Source: Diplonema japonicum (taxonomy: Eukaryota; Protista; Euglenozoa: Diplonemea). From it: a DNA stretch of 64,000 nucleotides. The notes beneath the pieces were generated by a model. That model saw only the letters and a list, made by a program, of their open reading frames with translations, did not search any database and was not told the DNA's origin. The position numbers were made by a program, and so were the translations under genes. Below, piece after piece: positions 11,627 through 22,518 of this stretch. How positions within the stretch are numbered: the stretch's first letter is position 1; every line of letters begins with the position of its first letter. The stretch covers positions 310,001 through 374,000 of the forward strand of contig OZ025730.1 of assembly GCA_964019335.1 (NCBI GenBank), in the 5' to 3' direction.

Positions 11627-13565
11627 TTTTTTTTACCCTTCTCTTTTTTGGCCGCCCACCATAATTTCTCGCGTGCGGGCCTTCCCTTTCCAATTTCCCT
11701 TTTCTTTTTTTTTTTTCTTTCTTTTCTTCCCCTCCATTCTCTTCGCTTTCTTTTTAATCTTATCAATACTCGAAACCTTCTTCTTTTTTTTTTTTTTTTT
11801 AAATTCAGTGCAATAAAAAGAGAAAGAAAAAGGGGGAATAAAAAAAGAAAGAGAAAAACAACTTTTTTTTTTTTCCAGTAACCCATAACTTTTTTTCGGG
11901 TTCGACGGTGGAAAAACTAGTTTGGCGCTCCATTTGTTTGTGCGCACGAGCGGAATTTTACCTAATAAAATAGCTCATTACGCTGCCATCAACTAGTTTT
12001 TAGTCTCGACAATAATATTGTTAAAACAAAAAAAAGTTATTTTAGTTACCGATGTATGTTGGTTCTCAAAAAAAAAAAAAGCACTTTTCCAAAGACGGGT
12101 TTCGAGCATGATTCGATGTTGTTTCAAAACCGGGGGGGGGGGGGGGGGAATAATTTTAGCTATTTATTACCAACACATAATGAATTAACTCGAAATGCAA
12201 CGGGGGGGGGGGAAGAAAAAAAAGGATTCCATTATGGCTCATTTGGAGGCATGTAAGTTGTTTTTTTGTACCCCTTCGTCATTTGAAACTCTCGCTGTAA
12301 TAGGTGGAAAAGGCACATCTCGGAGACAGTTTGATTTTCGGAAATGGGCCATGTGAGTGAAGAAAATGACGGTTTTTTTTTTTTTTTTTTTTCTTTTTTT
12401 CTTTTATGATACCGTTAACCTGAATCGCCCAATACTTCCTATAGGCGTTCTTGCAACGACCGGGAAAGAAAAAAAAAATGATTATGCCGGTTCTGAACAT
12501 TTTTTTTTTTCTTTTTTGATTATGTGAGAAGAGAAACAAAAGAGGCAGTGGAGGTGGGGAGGAGACTCCCCTAATATTACCCCTTTTTTTTTCTTCTTCT
12601 TTTTTTTTTTTCTTTTCTTTCTTTCTTTCCTTAGCTCCGACAAAAGAAATTGGCAGAAGTGGCAAGAGAGAAGGGAGAGGAGGAAGATTTAAAAAAAAAA
12701 AAAAAAAAACATTAAAAGAAAAAAAAAGAAGAAAAATACAACGATGGCTGTACAGACCCTTTTACAAGGAGCTTTATCAGCCGTGTATTTCCCCCCCTCT
12801 CCCCTCCCCTCTCTTAGGCATATGCCCAAGCAAGCCGCCCTCACACAAAAACGGGAGAAGGGTTCAAATAGATTCGGATTTATCTAAGCAGGCGAGAGGG
12901 GTAAGCCACGATGCTCCCATAAAAGAATTCTTCTTTGCCTAACCAAACCCCTCGGACAAAGAAAGAGAGAGAACCTTAAATATAGATAGTGTGTCTTATT
13001 TTTTTTTTGAAGGGGGTTGTTATTTTATTTATTTTTTATGCCCCGTCAGTTTTCTTTTTTTTTTCATAAGTGACAAAAAAGGGGAGGGGATGTTTTTTTT
13101 TGTTTAATAGAGATTGTAAATCGTGCGTTCATTCCCCCGGGATCCTTTTTTTTTTTTTCTTTCCCTAAAAAAAAAAAAAAGAAGAGGGAGGGGGAAGAAG
13201 TTTTGATGATTTTTTTTTTTTTTTTGCTTGTAGACATTGACACCCAGCAAAGGTATGGCCAGCTGCATCGACTCGAATTCAGCATTTTTAGCCCCTCCCT
13301 CCCCGTGTTTCGGTAAAAAGAAAGAGACGGATATTTTTTGCAATCGTGTACACCGAGGGCCGGCCATCATCCTCAGAGTGGGCTGCATAGAAAGCACATG
13401 AGAAAAGGATATAAAAAAAAAGAAAAAAGAAAAAAAAAAAAACTTTGGGATGCTTTTTTAACATTTCGTCGTCCGAGGTGGTCAGAGAGGAGAATTACAA
13501 CAGATTTTCTTTTTTTCTTCTTCTCTCTCTTTTTTTTTTTTTTTTTGTAGTTGTTTGTGTTCGCA

Positions 13566-14003
13566 TCACGAAACTGCACCAGCATTAGGAGGGCAGAGGT
13601 GGACTCGGGTGTTTTTAGACATTCTAGGCTTTGTTCTTACATAATCAGTGGCCAATGCACACAAGGTAAAGGGGAGATAATCGTTTTTGATGCCAAAGAT
13701 ATGTCGATGCTGCTTACCGTTGTGCTCCAGGTTCACGCTGTTCACCTGCAGCGGCGCTGCGAATTCCTTAGCAATATCACGGTGCACGCGCTGTAGCCTT
13801 TCCACGGCCTCTTCTGGGTGGAAAGCCCTGCACACGCTGCACGTGGCATCCATGGTTCCTACTGTATCTTGAAGCTCTTTTGCTTTTCTTTTCTGTTCCT
13901 CCCTGACAATGACAGCCCAGGCCCATTCAGGCAGGTCGGTTACATCCTTCCCTGCGTGCTTCTTCAGAAAGGCCTCTTTCTGGGCTGTTTTCATACAAAT
14001 CAT
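13566..14003 (-). CDS. Hypothetical protein, paralog of 10312-10926
   Basis: 145-aa ORF with clear protein-level similarity to the downstream paralog. Confidence 0.8.
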   Translation of the reverse strand: MICMKTAQKEAFLKKHAGKDVTDLPEWAWAVIVREEQKRKAKELQDTVGTMDATCSVCRAFHPEEAVERLQRVHRDIAKEFAAPLQVNSVNLEHNGKQHRHIFGIKNDYLPFTLCALATDYVRTKPRMSKNTRVHLCPPNAGAVS

Positions 14004-14024
14004 TTTTTTTTTTTTTTTTTGGAA

Positions 14025-14061
<37 letters not shown>

Positions 14062-14140
14062 CCCCTTTAGAGCAGAGCAATGAAAGAGAAGAAGGAAAAA
14101 AAGAAAAAAGAAAAAATCTAATATCTATTTCCCATCTTTC

Positions 14141-17100
14141 CTATGCAGTACAGGCAGCCGCCTTTGCCTCTATTTCATCGGCTTCTTTTTCTAACTTCAT
14201 GGCTTCATCGGTAAGCAGGATCTAGTGTTGTTTATTAAAGGGGTGTTGCTGAAGAAAAGACAGGCTTCCGTCCCAGCGAGAAATCGACCAGTGCAAAGGG
14301 TGCAGGTCGCAGCATGCGAAAGTGGCGTTGTGGGTTCAGATTTTTTTTTTTTAAATATAAATGTCTAAACTGGCAGAACACGAGTGCCGTGTGGCAGGCC
14401 CAGCCCAAATAAGTACAACCCAAATAAGTGGATTCCAAATAAAAGAGATGAGATAAAGGAGGTTCCTGTTTTGGAACGTCCCCCTTGTCTCTACTTATCT
14501 ACCCCTTTCTCCCTTCTGGGGCCTCGGCCTTTCTTTCTTTTTTGGCTGTGTTGCCTTCCTCAAAGTATCCTCCCTTTCTTCTTGCCACTTTCTGCCCAGT
14601 TTCTTAAGGTCCTTCTTGGTTTTCTCTGATGCAAAAACTGGCCTTCTGTTCCATCCCAGACTCTTCTTCGCACCTATGGTTCTAAGCGCGTGGTTCTTCT
14701 GGCTCTCCGCTGGGAAGATCCGCTTGCCTCTGACCTTCTTCTGTATGCGTGCTGTGTCCCACCCCTCTTGGATTCTTTCCAGGAGGCCGTGGAAACTCCG
14801 CGCTTTCTTCTGTATCATGTCTAGATCACCCTTCTTCCCCGTGATCGGCTCGACGCCCAGCGTGTTCTCGAAGTCTAGTACGAGTTCCATTGTGGTGACT
14901 GTCGTCTTCCTCGGTCCATCGTACCACTTCAGCTTTTTGAGCCACTTGACGATGTCTTCACCGTGCTTCATCATCAGGCTCCCGCTCACATGCTTCCTCA
15001 GCTCCTTCCATTCAGGTGGCGCATGAGCGTTTCCTTCCGTTACCTGTTCCCAGGGGTGCGTCGTGTACGTTTCTAGCTTTCTCTTGTCCTGGAGAAGCTG
15101 GTCCCGTTTTGCCACCACTTCCAGCAGGTAGTATTGCGTCTTCCTCAGCCGGTGTTGGTGTGTTCGGTGACCACGCGGGAGCGTTCCATGTAGCTGCATG
15201 CAGATTGGCATTTCCGTCTTGCTGGCCACTACTTCTGCATGTACTTCCTTCTGTTGCACCTCCTTCGCCACACTGCATTCCCATAATGCGTGTCGCAGCA
15301 TGTTGCTCTCGTCCTCCTCCGCACCGCACGCGTCGCATGTGACTTCGTCTGTTGTTGGTCTCTTGTTCACACGCTCGTGTGTCTCGTCCCCTTCCTCTTC
15401 CGAGCTGTCCTCGCTTTCGCTCTGCTCGCCCTCTGGGGGTGGTACCCGTCTGGTGATTTTGTCCTGGTACCACGCCTTTGGGTGGGTGTAGAAAACCCCT
15501 CCCGCCACGATCCTCCGGAGGTCTCTCGCTGCCATTGCTCCTTGTGGTCCGAGTCTCATCAGCTCTCGCCACAGGTCGTTCGTGCGTGGGTCTGCGCCCC
15601 GGTCTAACCCCTCCATCGAGCGTCTTCTGTCCTGTATGTGTTCCGCACGTCCCGACCTTAGCTTTTCTCGCACTACATGTGCGAATTTGTCCTTGTTCTC
15701 AGCTAGCATTTCGGTGAACTGCCCCCAGTTTGTGCTGATCTTCGGGAGCCACCGCTTCATCGCGTTGCCTATCGGGCCCAAAGGTGTCGTTCTTGTCGGG
15801 TCTTGGTACCCTTTGGCAAGTCTCTGGCACCGCTCCCACACCTCTCCCAATTTTCGTCTCGTTCTGTATATGGCTGCTAGTGCTCTGTAGGGCGCTGCTA
15901 CCTCTGGGTCGTGTGTGTGTCCGCTGAACAGGTTTGACAGCACCGCCGCTGGTGATCTTGTTCTGTACCTCGGTCCCCACAAGGCGTATGTCGCGGTTGA
16001 TGTGAGCGATTTGAGGTATCCTTCCGACGGCGGCGCGAATGCAACATCATACAGACAGCTGGGTAGCACCGTTGTTCGCAGGACTTCCGCTTTCTGCCAG
16101 AAAGAGAGCTGAGTGGTCGCGAGCCTCCGTAGCGTGTCGCCCGCCGCCCTGGCCCTGGTGTTGTCCGTCTGCGTCTGACCATCCGTGCGTATCCTCGCCC
16201 CCAGGATCTTGATCTTGTTCGTGGACCGCAGCTGCCTTCCTGCTACCTCTATCCCTGGTGCCTTCGCTCCTGCTGCGAACACTTCGGACTTCTTCGTGTT
16301 GAGCTCCATGCCAACTATGTCGCAGAATGCGGATGCACTGTCCGTGGCTTTTTGTAGTACTTCTGCTAGTTTCGCCAACAGGTATGCGTCGTCCGCATAC
16401 GACAGAGTCTCCGCTCCCGTTCGTTCCTCCACACTCCTCATCAAGACCGCTAGTAGAGCGTTGATCATGATGATGGAGATCGGGCACCCTTGCAGGATTC
16501 CGTTTGTGGTTGTGAACTCCTCGCCTACTCCTGTCGCGTATCTGAATCTCCTTCTGAGACCCTTGTACATCCCTTCTAACGCTCTCAGGATACCTTTGTC
16601 CATTCCCATCCGTTCCATCAGCTTCAGCACCAGTTGTTGTGGAACTGTGTCAAAACACTTGGCGAAGTCTAGTGCGACACCCAACAACGGTGTCTTGTCC
16701 ATCGCTGCTTCCTCTATCCTGGTGCAGATGTCCATGAGAACGTCCTCTGTCCCATGTCTGGCCCTAAACCCGTGTTGAGTTTTGTGGATCCAGGATTCTT
16801 GCCATTCGAGAATATCACCAAGCCTTGTGCACGCCCATAATCTGTACACTGCCGACGTGACTGTTATGGGCCGATGCTCGAGTGGTCCTGCGTTCTTGGT
16901 CTTCGGGATAAGGGTCACCAGAGCTGTCAACGCCGACTCCGGCCATTTTCCTGTCTCCTCTACCTCATTGAGGAAAACAGCCCATGCGTCCAATATGGAT
17001 ACTGGTAGCCTTCGTAGCTCTGCCATCCGCCAGCCGTCTACCCCCGCTGCGCTTCTGGCCGTCTTTTTCTTCAGCACCTGCTTCAGGCGTATCCCAGTGA

Positions 17101-20100
17101 TCGGTGTCCACACCATGTCTCTTTTTTCGATGTACGCACCGTACTCCTTCTCGAATGTTGCGTACGCGGGCTGGGGCTTGTCTCTGTATTTCGCAAAGAC
17201 ATGTTCCCAATGTTCCCTCATTGTCCTGTCCAATTCCTGCGGGTTTGCAATCGTGTCCTTTTCCATCTCCACAGTTGCTGTCCCCCGCTTGTCCTCGATT
17301 CCTTTCGCGCTGTCCACGAGCTCCTTCGTCTCTTTTCCTTGTTCGACTGAGTCAAGGTAGCTCCTGTGCCTTGCCGTGCGCTGTTCCTTCACCATCTCCC
17401 GTTCGCGTCTCTCCACCGCCTCTGACATGATCTCTGCATCCGCCACCATGTCCTCGATGTTGGCCTGCGTCGGGTCAATGGGTAGGCACTTCACGCGCGT
17501 GTGTTCGAGCTCCCCGTTCAGGTTGTGGATTGTGTTCACCGTAACCTTACTGAGCTGCCCTCCTCCTCTTTTCTGCAACATGTTGAGCTGCGTCTGAATG
17601 GCTCTCAGCCTGCCTCGCATTTTCTCCAGCCGTACTTGCATGATCGACGCTGCCCCACACGAGCCAGTTGTTGTTGGTGCACCTAGTTGTCTCTGTTGCG
17701 GTTGTCTCACCTTGCCGCGGCCCCTATAAGGTGCCGTGCCGACGGTCTCGTCCCCCAGAAGTATCTTCTCGCTCGCCTCAGCTAGCGCGAGGTACGCCGC
17801 CTCCGGGTCTTTTCGCATGTGTTCCCTGAAATTGCTCTCCTGGAGTGCCTTACTCCCCTCTTCTTCTGCTGGTTCCACGCCTCCTGGGATTTCTCGGGGT
17901 ATCATGTATCTCTTCACAGTCTGCTGGAATCTCGCAAGTCTCAGCTCTACCGTCAGAGTCATATGGTCCGCCCCCTTTACATCCCTGCTTGTTCTGCAGC
18001 CCTGTAGCGCCTGTGCTGCGAAAGCGTTCAGGAGGATGTAGTCGATCCTCGATGCACAGTTCTTCCGAGTGAAGGTTGGCATCGGGTCTTCTCCTTTTCC
18101 CGCTGCGCATGCTCCTGCCGCATCAGTCCATCCGTTCATCAGCGCGTGACGAAGCTCATACGATCTTTTCTCGTCCGTGTTGAGGTCGCCTGCCACAATC
18201 ACGGGGACGTTCCCGAGCTCCATCGCCTTCTTCCTGAGGACGTGCTGCAAGAGTCGTTCTCGTTGCCTCCTTGGTTCCTCTCCCTCCCCTGCTGGGCAGT
18301 ACACGGTGATGATGTGCAGCCACATATTTTCCCCGTCTATGCTGACCCTTGTGTGTTGCCACCTACTGTTGATGTCTTGCTTAGCGTCATCCCTCTCGAG
18401 TGATGTTCCCAGAGCTGTTCGTGGCTCGCGTACAAAAGTCGCCAGGCCTCCTCGTCTTGCGATATCTATAGATATCAGACCTTCCTTGATCCTTCCCTGT
18501 TGCGGGTCTGCCCACATAGGTCTGTATTTTCGCTTCTTGTTCTTCTCTGTCGCGGATTTCATTGCGTGTGCCACCTCTTTCTGTCCTGCTGCCGTAAGTG
18601 CAGTCTCTTGTAGGCAGATCACGTCGACGTCGAGCTGCATGACGCTTTCCAGCCTGTTCCTCAGAGACGCTACATTTGCAGTTGCGAGATGGAAAACCTG
18701 TGTCGGTGGCTTCTTGGTACTGCCTGTTTGTTCACCCTCACTACTTAGGACTTTAAGTGTGCGGTTACCAGCCTTCTCATAGGGGGTATGGCGCCCCTGA
18801 CTCGCCCCCGTCCCAGTGGTCAGGACACCCCTTCGTTCAGGGCCGGGTAGATTTCCCCGTTGTTGTAGAGTCGAAGTCTGGCCAGGTGCTGTAGCCTTCT
18901 TGTTCCGAGTACCAAGTGCCACCTTCAGCAGGTCCTCCATCTGCACTACCGTGGCCTCCGTCTTGCCCAACCAATCCATCATGTGTAGCGGCGCGAGTAC
19001 AGCGTCGTAGTGCTGGGAGTCGTAAGCAACTATAATCGTCTGCTTCGCCCCGTCTGGCTTCGTGGCTCGCACCATTCTCTTTTTGTGGAGGATCCAGATA
19101 CATGTCTGGGTTGCCCATCCTGCCGCTCCGAGGGTGTAGTAGTCCCCCCACTCTCCGTCATGCTCAATCCTCCTGAGAGAAAGGGAGTGTTTCCTTGCTT
19201 CTTTGTAAAACTCCGGGTTCGTCGCGATGTACTCTGCTGCCTGTGCGCGTACTGTGCTGGCGTTCCCTGCTCCTCGCGCCCTAGCAATTGCAGCGAACTG
19301 GCAATTTCCGTCCCCTTCCACTGGCATGTATCTCATGAGCAGCTGTTCGGCTGTGCTTCGCAGGAGTTGCCTCTCCGTTCCCTCTGTCCTCCCGCCGCCC
19401 CTCCATGCTCCTGCGTTTCATCGCCTCACGCACGCGCGGCATACCTTGCGGCTGCATCCGTCAACCTGGCACCTAAGCTGGTACCGCTTCTTCGGCTGCT
19501 GCTTCTCGCAACCGTCGCACCACCACCTCCCCTGCTTCTTCTCGCCCTCGTCGCGGTCTGGGTAGATGTGGGCGTGCCTGTCCGTGTCCCTCTCCCTCCG
19601 CCTTCGCTCGGTGTCCCTCGCTAGGCTCCGGCTCTTCGACTTCGACGACGCCCTCGACTTCGTCTTGGCCCTCGAGGTCGTCGTCTCCGCCGCGTATCCT
19701 GCCGTGGCCTGTTCCTCGGGCTCCACCGACATCCTCACCCCAGACGGGGATCTCATCCTCGGCTTCGGTGATGGTGATCGTGATGCCGATTGTGTGGGGG
19801 GTGTCGTCTCCCTTGTTGACTTCCCTCCAACCTTCCGTTTCTTCTCTGTTGGCTTCCCAGAGAGCTTCTCCAGCATTGCCTTCAGTTCTTGCACTTCCTT
19901 TCTGAGAGCTACCACCTCCTGTTCGAGCATCTCTTCTTTTTTCGTAGGGCCTTGCAGTTGCTGCTGCTCCTTCTGTTGTTGTTCCCGCGTGTGCTGCTTT
20001 CCTTGTTGCTGTTGTTTTTCTTGCTGCGGGTGCTGTTGCTCAGGTGCTACCTTCCCAGCTTCGACCCACGCCTTCTGCCCGTGTGTCTTCCCGTATAGCG

Positions 20101-21371
20101 CCAGGAACTGGCGCTTCGTGTACGTGCGCCCCGCGTACTCTTCCGGGTCTGCGGGGTCCGTCCTCTTCTCCTCCTCCTGCTTTCGCACTGCCTTCGGCGG
20201 CGGCTTCCCTGCCTCCCACACCTCCGCCGTTCCTCCCTGCCATTTTATCTCCCCGAAACTTGGGGGTGCCTCCGCCTGCAACACAGCCACTGTGCCCCCC
20301 TGCTTCGGGATGGTGCGGATGACCACCGCTTTCCACCCTGCTTCTTTGACAACCTCCTCGATGGTGGTTGTGTCCGCGCCCTTCGGGAGACCTCGGATGT
20401 CGTAGGTGGTCTTTCTGACAACCCCGAGGCCTTCCTTCAGGAGGTACTCCTGCACTTCCTCCCTTCTCTCGCTGACCTGCAGGCCCCATCCCTTGCCGTT
20501 CAGCGTCAGTGTTGCCGAGGGGGTGATCCGTGTCATCACTGCCCCAAGTACGTTTTGTGCCAGCCAGTGCTGCCTTGTGGACATCCACAAGGCCCCCCTT
20601 TCCCTCCTCTCGATCTTCCAGGGACCGTCCTCGTTCCCTAGCGCGGTCCCCTCCTGTTCCGGTGCCATCCAGATTAGGAAATCCATGACAGATTCCCCCT
20701 TCTTGCCTTCCCTCTCCATGTGTGGCCCTACGTGCACTCCCGTCAGGCCCGCCTTGCCGAGAAAAGCCATCACACTCTTTCTCGGGTCTTCCTTCGCCGC
20801 TTTCCATGCCTCGTCTCCTGCCGCCCACTCAGCCATGATGGCCCTGCAGGCGACCTCCTCCTTTGCGCCCTTCACCGGCGCCTTCTTCCTTTCCCCTCCT
20901 TTCCCGCTGGCCGCCTCCCTTGGCGCCACCAGCCGCTGCACCGTCACCGTCCCGCCACTCACCTTCTTCCCCACCCTCTCCGCCCAGTTTGGGCCCTGCC
21001 CGTCCCGGCGCGTCTGCACCGAGCTTTGCTCGGTCCCAGGGGCACCGCTTGGAGGTGCGCCGGGTTTGCTTGCTGATTGCTCTGATTGATGTTCGCTCAT
21101 GTTAGTTCCGCCCCCTGAATAAAATAAAAAAGCTTTTTTTTTTTTTTTTTCTCCCACAAACCTCCAGCAATGCGTCTTCTGATACCGCTTTATTCAGACT
21201 GCCGCCCTCGACTTCCAGTTTCTTTACTTTTTCCATCAGCTCCACAATATATTTTTCCCTCTCCAGCCCGATCCTTCTGTTTTTCTCAACGCGTTTTCTT
21301 GCCTCCAGTGTCAGCTCTTCTGTTTCTTTATCGATGGCCGCAAGCTTTTCGATAATTCCCTGCGAAGCCAT
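14141..21371 (-). CDS. Small coiled-coil protein (96 aa); exons 21371-21162 and 14221-14141; the intron hosts LINE-A
   Basis: MASQGII...DALLE|GT...TAG|ILLTDEAMKLEKEADEIEAKAAACTA*. Both exons are whole codons with matching heptad-like composition. Confidence 0.6.
14495..19336 (-). CDS. LINE-A ORF2: OTU-like Cys protease, AP endonuclease, reverse transcriptase, C-terminal CCHC-like finger
   Basis: OTU: GDGNCQF...EWG...HYD. APE: ANVASL, CLQET, GDLN, RIDY, ADH. RT: HRPIT, QHGFR, LDFAKCFD, GILQGCP, YADD. Tail: CDAC...HALWEC. Confidence 0.95.
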   Translation of the reverse strand: MRYMPVEGDGNCQFAAIARARGAGNASTVRAQAAEYIATNPEFYKEARKHSLSLRRIEHDGEWGDYYTLGAAGWATQTCIWILHKKRMVRATKPDGAKQTIIVAYDSQHYDAVLAPLHMMDWLGKTEATVVQMEDLLKVALGTRNKKATAPGQTSTLQQRGNLPGPERRGVLTTGTGASQGRHTPYEKAGNRTLKVLSSEGEQTGSTKKPPTQVFHLATANVASLRNRLESVMQLDVDVICLQETALTAAGQKEVAHAMKSATEKNKKRKYRPMWADPQQGRIKEGLISIDIARRGGLATFVREPRTALGTSLERDDAKQDINSRWQHTRVSIDGENMWLHIITVYCPAGEGEEPRRQRERLLQHVLRKKAMELGNVPVIVAGDLNTDEKRSYELRHALMNGWTDAAGACAAGKGEDPMPTFTRKNCASRIDYILLNAFAAQALQGCRTSRDVKGADHMTLTVELRLARFQQTVKRYMIPREIPGGVEPAEEEGSKALQESNFREHMRKDPEAAYLALAEASEKILLGDETVGTAPYRGRGKVRQPQQRQLGAPTTTGSCGAASIMQVRLEKMRGRLRAIQTQLNMLQKRGGGQLSKVTVNTIHNLNGELEHTRVKCLPIDPTQANIEDMVADAEIMSEAVERREREMVKEQRTARHRSYLDSVEQGKETKELVDSAKGIEDKRGTATVEMEKDTIANPQELDRTMREHWEHVFAKYRDKPQPAYATFEKEYGAYIEKRDMVWTPITGIRLKQVLKKKTARSAAGVDGWRMAELRRLPVSILDAWAVFLNEVEETGKWPESALTALVTLIPKTKNAGPLEHRPITVTSAVYRLWACTRLGDILEWQESWIHKTQHGFRARHGTEDVLMDICTRIEEAAMDKTPLLGVALDFAKCFDTVPQQLVLKLMERMGMDKGILRALEGMYKGLRRRFRYATGVGEEFTTTNGILQGCPISIIMINALLAVLMRSVEERTGAETLSYADDAYLLAKLAEVLQKATDSASAFCDIVGMELNTKKSEVFAAGAKAPGIEVAGRQLRSTNKIKILGARIRTDGQTQTDNTRARAAGDTLRRLATTQLSFWQKAEVLRTTVLPSCLYDVAFAPPSEGYLKSLTSTATYALWGPRYRTRSPAAVLSNLFSGHTHDPEVAAPYRALAAIYRTRRKLGEVWERCQRLAKGYQDPTRTTPLGPIGNAMKRWLPKISTNWGQFTEMLAENKDKFAHVVREKLRSGRAEHIQDRRRSMEGLDRGADPRTNDLWRELMRLGPQGAMAARDLRRIVAGGVFYTHPKAWYQDKITRRVPPPEGEQSESEDSSEEEGDETHERVNKRPTTDEVTCDACGAEEDESNMLRHALWECSVAKEVQQKEVHAEVVASKTEMPICMQLHGTLPRGHRTHQHRLRKTQYYLLEVVAKRDQLLQDKRKLETYTTHPWEQVTEGNAHAPPEWKELRKHVSGSLMMKHGEDIVKWLKKLKWYDGPRKTTVTTMELVLDFENTLGVEPITGKKGDLDMIQKKARSFHGLLERIQEGWDTARIQKKVRGKRIFPAESQKNHALRTIGAKKSLGWNRRPVFASEKTKKDLKKLGRKWQEEREDTLRKATQPKKKERPRPQKGERGR
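19418..21100 (-). CDS. LINE-A ORF1 (gag-like), with coiled coil and C-terminal Cys-rich finger
   Basis: First ATG at 21100 (MSEHQ...). Ends WWCDGC...RCQVDGCSRKVCRACVRR-TGA, directly upstream of ORF2. Confidence 0.8.
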   Translation of the reverse strand: MSEHQSEQSASKPGAPPSGAPGTEQSSVQTRRDGQGPNWAERVGKKVSGGTVTVQRLVAPREAASGKGGERKKAPVKGAKEEVACRAIMAEWAAGDEAWKAAKEDPRKSVMAFLGKAGLTGVHVGPHMEREGKKGESVMDFLIWMAPEQEGTALGNEDGPWKIERRERGALWMSTRQHWLAQNVLGAVMTRITPSATLTLNGKGWGLQVSERREEVQEYLLKEGLGVVRKTTYDIRGLPKGADTTTIEEVVKEAGWKAVVIRTIPKQGGTVAVLQAEAPPSFGEIKWQGGTAEVWEAGKPPPKAVRKQEEEKRTDPADPEEYAGRTYTKRQFLALYGKTHGQKAWVEAGKVAPEQQHPQQEKQQQQGKQHTREQQQKEQQQLQGPTKKEEMLEQEVVALRKEVQELKAMLEKLSGKPTEKKRKVGGKSTRETTPPTQSASRSPSPKPRMRSPSGVRMSVEPEEQATAGYAAETTTSRAKTKSRASSKSKSRSLARDTERRRRERDTDRHAHIYPDRDEGEKKQGRWWCDGCEKQQPKKRYQLRCQVDGCSRKVCRACVRR

Positions 21372-21563
21372 TTTTTTGTGAGTATTTTTTTTTTTTTTCT
21401 TACTTGTTGCTGTATGCCGTTGGTACTTGAAAAAAATATATTAAAAAAAAGGCTATTAAAAAAAAAATTGCGCCCAGTGGAGGAAAAGCAAACCGCATTT
21501 TGGAAATTCATTATCTTCATAAGTTATAAAAGAAAGAAGGAGAAATTGGGACAGGGAACGGGG

Positions 21564-21597
<34 letters not shown>

Positions 21598-22069
21598 CAT
21601 CACGAATTTCTTTTACTCAACACATGGGTTTTTTTTTTTTTTTTTCCCCCTATTGGCTTCCTTTCTTCTCCAGTATCCAATTTTACGGGGGGGGGGGGGG
21701 TTGTGTGAAAACAGAGAAAAAAATAAAATAAAGTAAAATACAGTGAGAATGGTATACGAGTGGAAAAAAAAACTGGGGGGAGAGGGGGGGATCCCCCCCT
21801 TTTTTTTTAATTCTCGGACTTCCCCCTCCTACCTCCTCCTCCGCCCTTTAAACTCTCCCTTTTTTTTTTACTGTATCACACAAAACAAGAAACAAAAACA
21901 GGGGAAAAGCGAAAGGGGGGGGGTTTTATGTAACAATTGACAGTGCGGCATTTAAACTAAAATAACCCTCCCCCCCCTCCCCGAAGAGAAAAAAAAAAAG
22001 AGAAACAATCACGCGCAAGAAAAAAAAAAAAAAAAAAAGGTGTTATCTTCCCAGCTAGGAACCCATCTC

Positions 22070-22320
22070 CTATAGCATGAAGTACTTGAAGTCCTCAATC
22101 GAGTTTTTGACAAAAATTCGCTGGCAAATATTCATTGTGGGGATGCTCTCTTGGTGCCTGACGATCGACCGCTTAACATCGTTTATATATTGCATGATGT
22201 GAGGGGAGAAACGGGTAGACTCTGTGGGCACAATAGCGGGAAGGGCATAGGACACCCAGTTAACAACGAACCCAGGATGCTGTAGTGATTTTTTTTTTTT
22301 GATTTTTTTTCTCCCTCCCC

Positions 22321-22353
<33 letters not shown>

Positions 22354-22487
22354 AACCTTTGAACTAATCACCTCACCATCTTTCCCCACAATCCCACACA
22401 CCCGTGCAGGGTTCTTCATATCCAGAATAAAAGAACCAGGGCCGAGATCAGCGCCTGCAACGGTGAACGTGTACTCGTCATCGGCTT

Positions 22488-22518
<31 letters not shown>

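Larger units (their letters stand above)
14341..21119 (-). mobile_element. APE-type non-LTR retrotransposon LINE-A (ORF1 + OTU-APE-RT-zinc finger ORF2)
   Basis: Two intact ORFs and a short 3' UTR ending at an A12 tract (14341-14352). Ends are approximate and I saw no clear target-site duplication. Confidence 0.9.

Noticed and set aside
5300-13560. Many poly-Lys and poly-Phe ORFs in the ORF track
   Set aside because: They are translations of A/T homopolymer spacers with no coding signal; only the 10312-10926 gene is credible.
19418-19420. Genome-wide UGA-to-Trp reassignment explaining the in-frame LINE stops
   Set aside because: Host genes end in TGA (for example SNRNP27 and the SecA-like gene), long ORFs have no internal TGA, and the tRNA-Trp has a normal 5-bp anticodon stem.
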